64,000 nucleotides of DNA. Origin: a virus. The notes beneath the pieces were generated by a model. It was not told where the DNA came from. It saw only the letters and a program-made list of their open reading frames with translations, and ran no database searches. Below are positions 18,602-27,148 of the stretch, in pieces (positions within the stretch are counted from its first letter, which is position 1; each line of letters begins with the position of its first letter). The stretch is taken from positions 1-64,000 of IMG/VR virus record IMGVR_UViG_3300023174_000078. One strand, 5' to 3'. Made by a program: the position numbers and the translations under genes.

Positions 18602-19754
18602 TGAATCTAATGGATTTCACATATATTTACCTTCTCCGGAATGTTTAAAAACTGACGGAAGAAAAGAAATACAAAGTAAACACCTAACTGTTAACGCTTC
18701 CAGGTATAAACAAACAGATGACTGGATTCAGAAGCATGGTTATCTCCAAGACGAACTTGCCCGGGATTACAGCGCCGTATGTCATAAGACCGACACTAAG
18801 TATAAGGTGTCCGATCTGTTGAATGAGCGAAAGTTTCCCACGTTAGAAAAAAGAGGATTACCCAACATCTCCTCTAAAATTATTCAGGCCGCAACGCAGC
18901 GTACTGCGAGTTTAGTAGATGATGGTCAGGGTAATCTGGTCCCGATGAATCCTGGGGTTGTCGTTCCCATTACGGAGCTACCGCCTTTTCATCCTGCTGT
19001 CATTTACTTAAAGGATCGCGGCTACGATTTGCACCTGCTGTATAAACAGTTCAAGTGTTCGTTCTGTACGCAAGAAACTCCTGAAAATTCAGAGAAAGGT
19101 ATTTTCTACAAACGCTTGCCTCTGGATTTCAAAGACACACCACAGGGAAGAATAGTGTTCTATTCTTTTATTAACGGTGTACAGGTCGGCTGGCAGGCAC
19201 GTATTATTGAACGTGTAGAAGGTAATTTAAAATACTACCTTCATCCTTATAAAAGTAATTGGGTGGCTGCAGAGCAAAAAAATAGCGAGACCGGGAAATG
19301 GGAACCACTTCCCGGTGTAGAGATTAAACTGGAAGGTTACACAATAGAATGGAAGCCATCCAAATATAAGACGGCGTTTGGTATGCAGCGTAATGAAACC
19401 CTCATGGGTTTAGACGCTGCTATAGAGTTCAATAAAACACTTGGACTTCGTAAACCCACGGCTTGTATAGTGGAAGGTCCTTTAGATGCCGCGCGTATTG
19501 GTCCGGGAGCTATTGCGCTGCTGGGTAAATACATGAGCGAGCGTCACGCAGATATACTGGTTAGCAAATTCAAAAAGCTAATAGTAGTGGCGGATAATGA
19601 TAAAGCCGGAAAAGAAATGGCTGATAGAATTAAGTATTTAATGAGTGACAGAAGGGCTGAGCTTGTATTCGTCGACATTCCTGATTGTTACAAGGATGTA
19701 GGTGAAATGACATATGCTGCAGCCATTGATATGGTATTTAAACACATAAACTGA
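18489..19754 (+). CDS. dnaG: DNA primase (TOPRIM)
   Basis: YLKDRG, GRIVF, GWQAR, SKYKT, IVEGPLDA, ADNDKAG, KDVGE. Confidence 0.88.
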   Translation: MHTEINTTQGLVSSTIPRDIMILAEALSRLHGPAIIRNESNGFHIYLPSPECLKTDGRKEIQSKHLTVNASRYKQTDDWIQKHGYLQDELARDYSAVCHKTDTKYKVSDLLNERKFPTLEKRGLPNISSKIIQAATQRTASLVDDGQGNLVPMNPGVVVPITELPPFHPAVIYLKDRGYDLHLLYKQFKCSFCTQETPENSEKGIFYKRLPLDFKDTPQGRIVFYSFINGVQVGWQARIIERVEGNLKYYLHPYKSNWVAAEQKNSETGKWEPLPGVEIKLEGYTIEWKPSKYKTAFGMQRNETLMGLDAAIEFNKTLGLRKPTACIVEGPLDAARIGPGAIALLGKYMSERHADILVSKFKKLIVVADNDKAGKEMADRIKYLMSDRRAELVFVDIPDCYKDVGEMTYAAAIDMVFKHIN

Positions 19755-19755
19755 A

Positions 19756-20994
19756 ATGAGCACACAAAACAAAAATACAGCTATTAGCGGTATTAACCAT
19801 CGCGTTCGCAGCGGTGGTTTGTACTGGAAACAAGTTAATATTGGTAAAGGTCACTACGGCGCGAATCGCCAAGGTGTTTGGTATTTCACTTCGGAAGCTA
19901 AGCTCGCTGAAGTGGACATGCCGAGATGGTTGATTAGCAATAGAAATTTAGCTACGTTACTTTGCGTAAGTTCCAATAGCCTTGCACGTTACGCCAACTT
20001 CACATACGCGAAGCACACAGTTTATCATGATGATGCTCCGACTCATTTTGTTTCGGAAGACATCAAGCATACTAAACGAACACGCCAATTGATGTGGACT
20101 CTGGACGGAGTTCATTTTATTTTTAATAAGTCGGGTATCCGCCTTAATGCGAATGTTAAGAAGGAAATGGAACTTTGGATTGCTGGGCAAGCTGCTGTAT
20201 CCGGACATAGGAATACCGAAACGCCTGATATAGTCGTGCCCAATAGTACCGAGGAAGATTTTGCCTCTGCTATAGATATAAAATCTGTACAGGCAGCAAA
20301 GCATACTATTATTGAGGCGGTTAAGTACGTCACAGACATAGTGGACCAGCTTTGGTTCGAGCGTAACAAGCGCCGCGAACTGGAGGTGGAGGTTTCCTCC
20401 CTCAGGGATCAGATTGAGCGGTTCAGTAGCCCGCGTGCCGCTGGCGCGTCTAGAGCAGAAGTTAATGTCAAATCTTTGAAATCGGTTAAGGCAGCTGTTG
20501 CGGCTAAGCAAAACATATTAGTGGATCTAGCGAGCGCCGAAAGCCTCAGCCAGTACCTTTCCCGGAATGGTAAAAAACAGTATAAAGCCGAACAGCTGAC
20601 GCGCATGGGTCTGCTTAATAGTGAGCAGATTTACTCTTTGTTTCCCGATTCATGGTTAGATAAATCTACCAGCGAGTTGATACAAAAGGATAAATTCCAA
20701 GATTTATTAAGGCAGATATTTCATTTGAAACATTCCAGCCATCGCACGCCAATGCTTAAGGCAGAAATGATCCGGGATAACATGGCGGTCGTATGCCAGG
20801 TGTTCTGCAAGAAGAAACCCAATCCTACGGATGATTATGGTAATAAACTGGAGTTGGATAATCCGGCTTATACTTCTAGCAGCGATCCCTGTGTTCGTTT
20901 TCAGGTACGCTACACGGCGAAAGCTATTGACTACCTGAGGAATAATTGGTATATGCTACTTGATTCGGTAAGTGAACAAAAAGTTACAGTTTAA
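19756..20994 (+). CDS. Hypothetical protein with central coiled coil
   Basis: 412-aa ORF tightly packed between primase and polymerase. Confidence 0.75.
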   Translation: MSTQNKNTAISGINHRVRSGGLYWKQVNIGKGHYGANRQGVWYFTSEAKLAEVDMPRWLISNRNLATLLCVSSNSLARYANFTYAKHTVYHDDAPTHFVSEDIKHTKRTRQLMWTLDGVHFIFNKSGIRLNANVKKEMELWIAGQAAVSGHRNTETPDIVVPNSTEEDFASAIDIKSVQAAKHTIIEAVKYVTDIVDQLWFERNKRRELEVEVSSLRDQIERFSSPRAAGASRAEVNVKSLKSVKAAVAAKQNILVDLASAESLSQYLSRNGKKQYKAEQLTRMGLLNSEQIYSLFPDSWLDKSTSELIQKDKFQDLLRQIFHLKHSSHRTPMLKAEMIRDNMAVVCQVFCKKKPNPTDDYGNKLELDNPAYTSSSDPCVRFQVRYTAKAIDYLRNNWYMLLDSVSEQKVTV

Positions 20995-21160
20995 ATTGTC
21001 ATCTAGACTGGCTCATCTTGAGAAATTAAAAGATGAGCCGGTTATGGATGATTTTGATTCTGGGCTTCATGCCGCGCGTCACGACGAATACGCATTTTTA
21101 AAAGAGGTTTTGAAAGAACATGGAGAATCCAAAGAAGGACAAGGTAATACCTGTTCCTGA
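20972..21160 (+). CDS. Small hypothetical protein
   Basis: 62-aa ORF bridging the flanking genes by overlaps. Confidence 0.5.
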   Translation: MNKKLQFKLSSRLAHLEKLKDEPVMDDFDSGLHAARHDEYAFLKEVLKEHGESKEGQGNTCS

Positions 21161-24100
21161 CTATACACTCCCGCCACTCTCTCTAGTCGAGAAGACTGGG
21201 TCTATAATCGGGCACAACGGTGTAACATTTATTGCTGGCGAGGGCATAAAACCTGCCGATATAATGTTTATTTCTTCTTGTGTCTCACCGCAAGAGGCTA
21301 GTAAATTTATTAAAGGAAAATATAATGAGGAGGGTGTTCGCGTGAGGCCTCGTTATCTTCGTTCTGACGCAGGTGTTATGTTTTCTGACATCTTTAATCA
21401 AGAAGGTATAGACTTATACAAGTGTTATTACACAGCTTTAGTAAAATGGTTACTACCTAAAAATGAGCGTATCAAAATCCCAAAGGATGTTATAGCCTGG
21501 GCATTGCCAGCGCTTGAAGCGGAGATACAAAGTGTTAATCCTAAAATTATAGTTTGTATAGGTAAGCCTGTATTTGATTTGCTTACTGAAATTAAACTAT
21601 CTTTGAGCGACGCTAAAAGTGGTTGGTTCTATAATAAAAAATATAATGCTAAATTATATTTAATAGATGACACGTACAAACTTGTTACTAATCCCGAATA
21701 CATCGGAAAGTTCAGGGTTGAGGCAAGGGAGATACACCGTATGCACAGAGAGGTATGCAATCTCGCTACAGATCGGATTCCTCTTGAGTACGAGACGATT
21801 ACTAACTCCGCCGATTTAAAACGTGTAGTCAGTAATTGGAAACAAAATAATTTCAATGTTATAAGCGTTGACTGTGAGTGGGCTGGTAATAACCACATTG
21901 ATGGACAACTTAGAAGTACACAGTTTTGCTGGGCTCCCGGTAAAGCTTGTTATGTCCGTTGGATGGATGACAAAGGTAACTATACTTTTGATACATCGTA
22001 TAAGGAGGCTGGTAGTATTTTATCTTCTTGGTTGGACCGTGAAGAGGTCAAGTATATAGGGCATCACTTTGCGGCTGACGCCCCGTGGCTGCATCATGTG
22101 CTTGGTTTGAATTGGTATGAGAAGTGTATATTCGATACCGAGTTTGCGCAGCAGACAGCGAATGAAGCTGAAGATCTTTCTTTAGAGCGTATAGCTTTGA
22201 AGTATACAGATCTGGGTCGTTATGATTTGGATCTTGTCCTATGGGTTAAACAAAATAAAGCTTTAATGGTTGATGGTGGTTACGGCGCAATACCTGATGA
22301 CATACTTATTCCTTATGCTTGTAAGGACGTAGATACTGTATTTCGTGCGTGGCCGTTTATACATCGCAGCCTGCAAATTCAAGACTTGTTGGATTACTAT
22401 AATAATGTGTTCCATCCTTTTGTGACGGATGTGTTCGTGAGTTTTGCTGTAGTGGGACTTCCGATGGATGTCGCTATGATGGATGAACTGCGAGTATTAT
22501 ACACATTTGCGCGCGACAAAATGGAAGTTGTGCTACGCGAAGATATTCATGTAGAGGCTAAGAATTTTATTTTGATGGCGTTTGCTACAAGACTCCCACC
22601 TGAGCTGGCAGCAAACTCCTATTTAGAATTTATTTCTTTAATAGCTAATTCGGATCATGCGCAGGCTTGGAGTATACTGAAGAGCGCAGCCAAGAAACCC
22701 GATGACGTACCTAAGTTAAAATTTATATTTGATCATTTTATTGATAGCTCGAATTTCAATATTCGGTCTGCGGCACACTTAAAACGTTGGTTGTTTCAGG
22801 TTAAAGGCTATGAGCCTATCAAATCAACCAACAACAAAGATAAGGGCCTGCCTGCAACATCTTGGGAGAAGATTAAAGCCATGCCTTTAGATGTGCAGAA
22901 AAATTATAATCCCGCAGTAGACAAACAGACGTTGCAGATTTTATCCGAACAAAATGACGATAGAATTCTGCGCAAACTTCTACAGCTGAATGCGGTCGGT
23001 AATATATGCAAAGCATTTCTTAAGGAGGCAGATACCGACGATGACGGTAATGTTCTAAAAGAGAACGGTCTTCATTTTTACCTATGCAGTGATAACCGCG
23101 TGCATGGTCAAATGAGCACCACAGAAACCGGACGACCTCGTAGCTGGAAGCCGAACTCCTTGAACTGGCCTAGTTATGTTAACTCTATGATTTCGAGTGG
23201 TATCTCAGATCTGTTTGGTAAACTAAAAGAACGCGACGAGTTACCGGAAGAGTTTGAGAAATTTATAATTAAGGACGATAAGGGAGACTACAAGATTAAG
23301 GTACCTTCTATACGTAGCTGTGTTAAAGCGCCGGATGATTGGTGTTTTGTGGAGTCTGACTACCAGACTGCGGAGATTAGAGGGCTGGCATTCATTTCTG
23401 GAGATAAGAATCTCATAGATATTGTATGCAATCCCGATTTAAATTTTGCAGTCACAAAAGATGACAAAAAAGTTAGACTATCTTTTCCGTCAGAAGTATT
23501 CCCTCCTTCCGCGCAGGAAGAATATAAGTCCCTCCTCATTTCCCCGGATGATCCCTCTTTAATGAGAAAAGAAGACGGTTCATTGAAACACCCAAAGCAG
23601 GACCTTCACTGGTCTCTGGCTGAGATGGTTCATATTAAGCCGAGAGAAGTTCTTGACGATAAAAAAGACCGTGGTGCGGCGAAGGTAGGAAATTTTTCGT
23701 GTATAGCTAAAGACTCCTACTTACACACGCCTTCAGGGCCAAAACTTGTTACTAACATATCACTTGACGACATGTTGTGGGATGGTGTAGAGTGGGTAAG
23801 TCATGAAGGTATACAGTACCAAGGAAATAGATGCACAATCAGATATCAAGGTCTGGCAGCAACCCCAGATCACGTCATCTGGCTTGCTAACGGAAATAAA
23901 TGTTGCTTCGGGGATGCCGCTATCAACGGCTGGAAAATCAAAGAGGAACAAACCCTTCCGATGTGCCGACCCCAGAGCCAAAATGCTAAGAGCCCGTTAT
24001 CACGCAATGATTCAGCGTTGCTACAAAGACACGCACGTATCTTCTGTAAATTACAAAGGCCGGGGAATAGAAGTATTATTCACTTCCCTGGGCGATTTTG

Positions 24101-25520
24101 TACAATGGGCTTTAGACCGGTGGCCGAATACAAACTTCAAAGGTTTGGATTTCGACCGTATAGACAATTCAGGGCATTACTCGAAAGAAAATCTGAGGCT
24201 CGTAACGCGCCTGATGAACTTGAGAAATACAAGAGCATCAAAGTGGTCTTTTCGCACACGCGCCGAAGCCATAATAACTGCTTATCCAGATTTACCAGTA
24301 GCGATGAGGACTATTTGGAATATGCTGCAAATGGGCATAACCGAAAAAGAGATATTCGAGAAAGTAAAGTCCGGAGAAATAAAGAGCCGGAAGGCTATAT
24401 TATCCAACGCGAAAGTATTACGAGCCAGGAAATTAATACAATTGAATCCGAGCCTGGGTGTAGGCGAGAAACAGATAATGAAATTATATCGGAAAGGATT
24501 AACCGATCAGGATATAGTAGCACATGTGGCCAAGCACAAAGAGTTAACTTTGCGTATTCGGAAAGCTATGCAACGCGAAGAGCACGCTTTACAACGTGCC
24601 GCCCGTTTAGGCATAGGCTTTGCAGACAGCACTATAAGGAAAATGATACGCGCGGGATTATCCGACGAACAGCTGATAGCAGCCTGGGAAAAAGCATCTT
24701 TAAAGTTAGAATCAGTCAGGCAGAAGATAGAGAGGCTTGGCTTAAAACTCAGCGCCGCTACTACTCACAGGTTGATGAAGCGGGGAATGTCGGATGTGCA
24801 GTTAGAAGAATATTCGAAGAAAAGGGTTTTAAGCTCACAAAAGAGCCAGTCTATGATATAATAAATGCGGGCCCTAGACGTAGATTTGTAGCTAACGGGT
24901 TGTTGGTTTCAAACTCAGCTTACGGCGCGTCTGCCTCTACGCTGGAGCGTAAAATCGAACAAGACACTGGTAAGAAACCAGAAGAAGGAACCGGGCAACG
25001 GCTACTTAAGGCGCTGGAAAAGCGTCAGCCTGTTGCGCAGGACTTCCTGATTAAAATGGAACGCGTACCTGAGAAGCCTGGATATTACCGCGCAGCCTCT
25101 GGAAGACTTCGTCATTTTTCTTCGCACGATCCTAAATACATCGACGAGATTGACGAGCAGTTGACTATGGGATTGTTCAGGTCTATGGGTAGAGAGGCTC
25201 GTAACTTTCCAATGCAAGAGAGTGTAGCTGCTACTGCCGCGCGAGCGGGCAAGTGGCTGCTGGACGCTTACATAAAGTTAGGTATGCAAGCCAGACCATT
25301 GATTATTTTATATGATTCTGTTGTTACTCTTTGTCCTCTTGAAGAACGCTTTAAGGTTGCGCAGCTGCACCAGCTCTTTATGACGGATGAGAACACCTGG
25401 ACGTACCACGGTCGAACGATGAACTATCCAATTGATCAATTGTTTTGCTACAGATGGTCCGATAAACCATCAAAAGATGAAACTAAACTGCTAGAAGACA
25501 AAACTTACAAAACTAACTGA
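21120..25520 (+). CDS. polA: Family A DNA polymerase with N-terminal UDG-like domain, 3'-5' exonuclease and intein
   Basis: SVDCEW (ExoI), HHFAAD, YACKD (ExoIII), TETGR, SDYQTAEIRGLA (motif A), AKVGNFS-intein-SAYG (motif B), NFPMQ, LYDS (motif C). Confidence 0.93.
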   Translation: MENPKKDKVIPVPDYTLPPLSLVEKTGSIIGHNGVTFIAGEGIKPADIMFISSCVSPQEASKFIKGKYNEEGVRVRPRYLRSDAGVMFSDIFNQEGIDLYKCYYTALVKWLLPKNERIKIPKDVIAWALPALEAEIQSVNPKIIVCIGKPVFDLLTEIKLSLSDAKSGWFYNKKYNAKLYLIDDTYKLVTNPEYIGKFRVEAREIHRMHREVCNLATDRIPLEYETITNSADLKRVVSNWKQNNFNVISVDCEWAGNNHIDGQLRSTQFCWAPGKACYVRWMDDKGNYTFDTSYKEAGSILSSWLDREEVKYIGHHFAADAPWLHHVLGLNWYEKCIFDTEFAQQTANEAEDLSLERIALKYTDLGRYDLDLVLWVKQNKALMVDGGYGAIPDDILIPYACKDVDTVFRAWPFIHRSLQIQDLLDYYNNVFHPFVTDVFVSFAVVGLPMDVAMMDELRVLYTFARDKMEVVLREDIHVEAKNFILMAFATRLPPELAANSYLEFISLIANSDHAQAWSILKSAAKKPDDVPKLKFIFDHFIDSSNFNIRSAAHLKRWLFQVKGYEPIKSTNNKDKGLPATSWEKIKAMPLDVQKNYNPAVDKQTLQILSEQNDDRILRKLLQLNAVGNICKAFLKEADTDDDGNVLKENGLHFYLCSDNRVHGQMSTTETGRPRSWKPNSLNWPSYVNSMISSGISDLFGKLKERDELPEEFEKFIIKDDKGDYKIKVPSIRSCVKAPDDWCFVESDYQTAEIRGLAFISGDKNLIDIVCNPDLNFAVTKDDKKVRLSFPSEVFPPSAQEEYKSLLISPDDPSLMRKEDGSLKHPKQDLHWSLAEMVHIKPREVLDDKKDRGAAKVGNFSCIAKDSYLHTPSGPKLVTNISLDDMLWDGVEWVSHEGIQYQGNRCTIRYQGLAATPDHVIWLANGNKCCFGDAAINGWKIKEEQTLPMCRPQSQNAKSPLSRNDSALLQRHARIFCKLQRPGNRSIIHFPGRFCTMGFRPVAEYKLQRFGFRPYRQFRALLERKSEARNAPDELEKYKSIKVVFSHTRRSHNNCLSRFTSSDEDYLEYAANGHNRKRDIRESKVRRNKEPEGYIIQRESITSQEINTIESEPGCRRETDNEIISERINRSGYSSTCGQAQRVNFAYSESYATRRARFTTCRPFRHRLCRQHYKENDTRGIIRRTADSSLGKSIFKVRISQAEDREAWLKTQRRYYSQVDEAGNVGCAVRRIFEEKGFKLTKEPVYDIINAGPRRRFVANGLLVSNSAYGASASTLERKIEQDTGKKPEEGTGQRLLKALEKRQPVAQDFLIKMERVPEKPGYYRAASGRLRHFSSHDPKYIDEIDEQLTMGLFRSMGREARNFPMQESVAATAARAGKWLLDAYIKLGMQARPLIILYDSVVTLCPLEERFKVAQLHQLFMTDENTWTYHGRTMNYPIDQLFCYRWSDKPSKDETKLLEDKTYKTN
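23700..24914 (+). mobile_element. Intein in PolA motif B (405 aa; C1...SN/S+1)
   Basis: CIAKDSYLHT block A, ATPDH block B, VYDIINAGPRRRFVANGLLVSN blocks F/G; removal restores AKVGNFSSAYG. Confidence 0.9.
23803..24861 (+). CDS. HNH homing endonuclease in the +1 frame inside the PolA intein (possible start ATG 23914)
   Basis: RYHAMIQRCY...NYKGRGIEV...FVQWA...DFDRIDNSGHYSKENLRLVT...NLRN, followed by repeated HTH-like segments. Confidence 0.85.
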   Translation: MKVYSTKEIDAQSDIKVWQQPQITSSGLLTEINVASGMPLSTAGKSKRNKPFRCADPRAKMLRARYHAMIQRCYKDTHVSSVNYKGRGIEVLFTSLGDFVQWALDRWPNTNFKGLDFDRIDNSGHYSKENLRLVTRLMNLRNTRASKWSFRTRAEAIITAYPDLPVAMRTIWNMLQMGITEKEIFEKVKSGEIKSRKAILSNAKVLRARKLIQLNPSLGVGEKQIMKLYRKGLTDQDIVAHVAKHKELTLRIRKAMQREEHALQRAARLGIGFADSTIRKMIRAGLSDEQLIAAWEKASLKLESVRQKIERLGLKLSAATTHRLMKRGMSDVQLEEYSKKRVLSSQKSQSMI

Positions 25521-25521
25521 A

Positions 25522-27084
25522 ATGTCATTTATTCCTACTGATTACTCACAAATTCAACGTCAACTTAAAGCTGAAAAAGAAAATAGCTATTGGGGCGGTT
25601 ACTACAAGCCGGGCGTTTATGGTGGTACACCCACGCAAAAGAAAATATATTCCGGTCGTATTCTACCGGCATTTGATTACAACTTATCGCAAGCAGATTC
25701 TGAATTTCCAAATTCTTGGATGCCTTATCGTAATGCCGATAATATCGACACAGAAACAAATCAGCCTGTTCTCAGCGCTTTCTTTGCTGTTGTCGCTGCC
25801 TATTCCTGGTTTGGTAATAAACAGGTCTCGTTTCTAAGTCCCTCCACTTTGCGGTTTACACAAAGTATATCCAAGGGCCCGGAGCTAATTGATCCTGTGC
25901 AAGACTTGCGCAACTTCGCCAAAAAGCATGAAGATCCTGCTATACGTGCGTTGATTGAACGTCCTGAAAATAAGAAGGATGCTAAAATCATCATTCCTTA
26001 TGCTCAGCGTCGTTATGTATTTAACTTTTACGGTACTGCTGGTGTGGATCGTAATTTCAGAAACTATCTGGTCGACGTGTCACAGAAAGCCTTTGAAGAT
26101 CTTGCTGCTAAGCTTTCTGAGTGGCGTCCGGCGCACGAACAGACTATAGATTCTAACTGGCCTAATTATCTTTATGGGGATATCACTGATCCCAACACTG
26201 GTGTATTAGTTGAAACTACAGCCATCCCAGCTACTCCACAGCCGTTCAATGGTTTTGTATTCACGACAGGTTCGCATAAATCATTAAAGGGTATCAGGCA
26301 GTATCCCGTTCCGCCAGAAGCTATGGCTGGCCGGTACCAGCTTTATGGTGATAATTCCGCGTTCAAAATTATGAGCGTGCAAGATATTGTTGAATTTCTT
26401 GTAGAGGACGGTGCTATTCCGTACCACTTGATTCAGGAGGTTTGTAGTAACTATGCGCATGTTCCGCCTCGCCCTGGTAATACCAAGGTGTTTCCCGGCG
26501 CATCGCATGATGAAGAAGACATGGACTCTTTCCGCCCACCGGTGAGTAATCCATTTACGCAACCAAAACCTGCAGCGCCTCCCATGCCGGTTAAATCAGC
26601 CAGCGAGGAAGCGCCGCCTTGGAACACAGCCGCCGTTGCTCCGCCGCCACCACTTCCTGCACCCTCAGCGCAACCAAGGTTCTGGGTGTCTATGAATGGT
26701 GATACAGCCGACGAGCCACGCACCCAAGCCGAAGTGCAGCAGCTCATTAATAGCAATCCAGGGCAAGTGTTTATGCTTTGTGGTACTGGAACGAACAGCG
26801 CGTGGCAATCCCCTGCAGAAGCGGGTTTTGTAGTTCCGGTTAATAAGCCAACTCCGCCGCCCATGCCTGGCGCACCGCCAGCTCCACCGGCTTTGCCTCC
26901 GATGCCTAGCTCTCCTCCTCCAGTATTACCGTCAACGTCAGCAGCACCGACATCTGCTGCTGCTTTAACGCCGGAAGAGACGCAGGAGTATAATGCTCTA
27001 AAAGTTCTATTTGATGCGGGCACGCTTCCAACTTCAGATTTGATGAAGTTTGTGAAGTTCGTAAATCGTATCGAAAAGGCTTAG
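25522..27084 (+). CDS. Putative ssDNA-binding/recombination protein with Pro-rich tail and GYF_2-like domain
   Basis: Position between polA and recA; GRILP; RFWVSMNG..EP.T.AEVQQLI; function inferred from context only. Confidence 0.45.
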   Translation: MSFIPTDYSQIQRQLKAEKENSYWGGYYKPGVYGGTPTQKKIYSGRILPAFDYNLSQADSEFPNSWMPYRNADNIDTETNQPVLSAFFAVVAAYSWFGNKQVSFLSPSTLRFTQSISKGPELIDPVQDLRNFAKKHEDPAIRALIERPENKKDAKIIIPYAQRRYVFNFYGTAGVDRNFRNYLVDVSQKAFEDLAAKLSEWRPAHEQTIDSNWPNYLYGDITDPNTGVLVETTAIPATPQPFNGFVFTTGSHKSLKGIRQYPVPPEAMAGRYQLYGDNSAFKIMSVQDIVEFLVEDGAIPYHLIQEVCSNYAHVPPRPGNTKVFPGASHDEEDMDSFRPPVSNPFTQPKPAAPPMPVKSASEEAPPWNTAAVAPPPPLPAPSAQPRFWVSMNGDTADEPRTQAEVQQLINSNPGQVFMLCGTGTNSAWQSPAEAGFVVPVNKPTPPPMPGAPPAPPALPPMPSSPPPVLPSTSAAPTSAAALTPEETQEYNALKVLFDAGTLPTSDLMKFVKFVNRIEKA

Positions 27085-27099
27085 TTCTTAGTTGTAATA

Positions 27100-27128
27100 T
27101 GGCACGCTGTATAATCTACAGCGTGCCA
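27100..27128 (+). promoter_or_regulatory. 12-bp hairpin overlapping a TATAAT box upstream of recA
   Basis: TGGCACGCTGTA-TAATC-TACAGCGTGCCA. Confidence 0.5.
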
Positions 27129-27148
27129 AACTTTAATTTTAATATTTT

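Noticed and set aside
26451-27023. Gly-rich 190-aa minus-strand ORF
   Set aside because: Antisense mirror of the Pro-rich codons of the + strand gene
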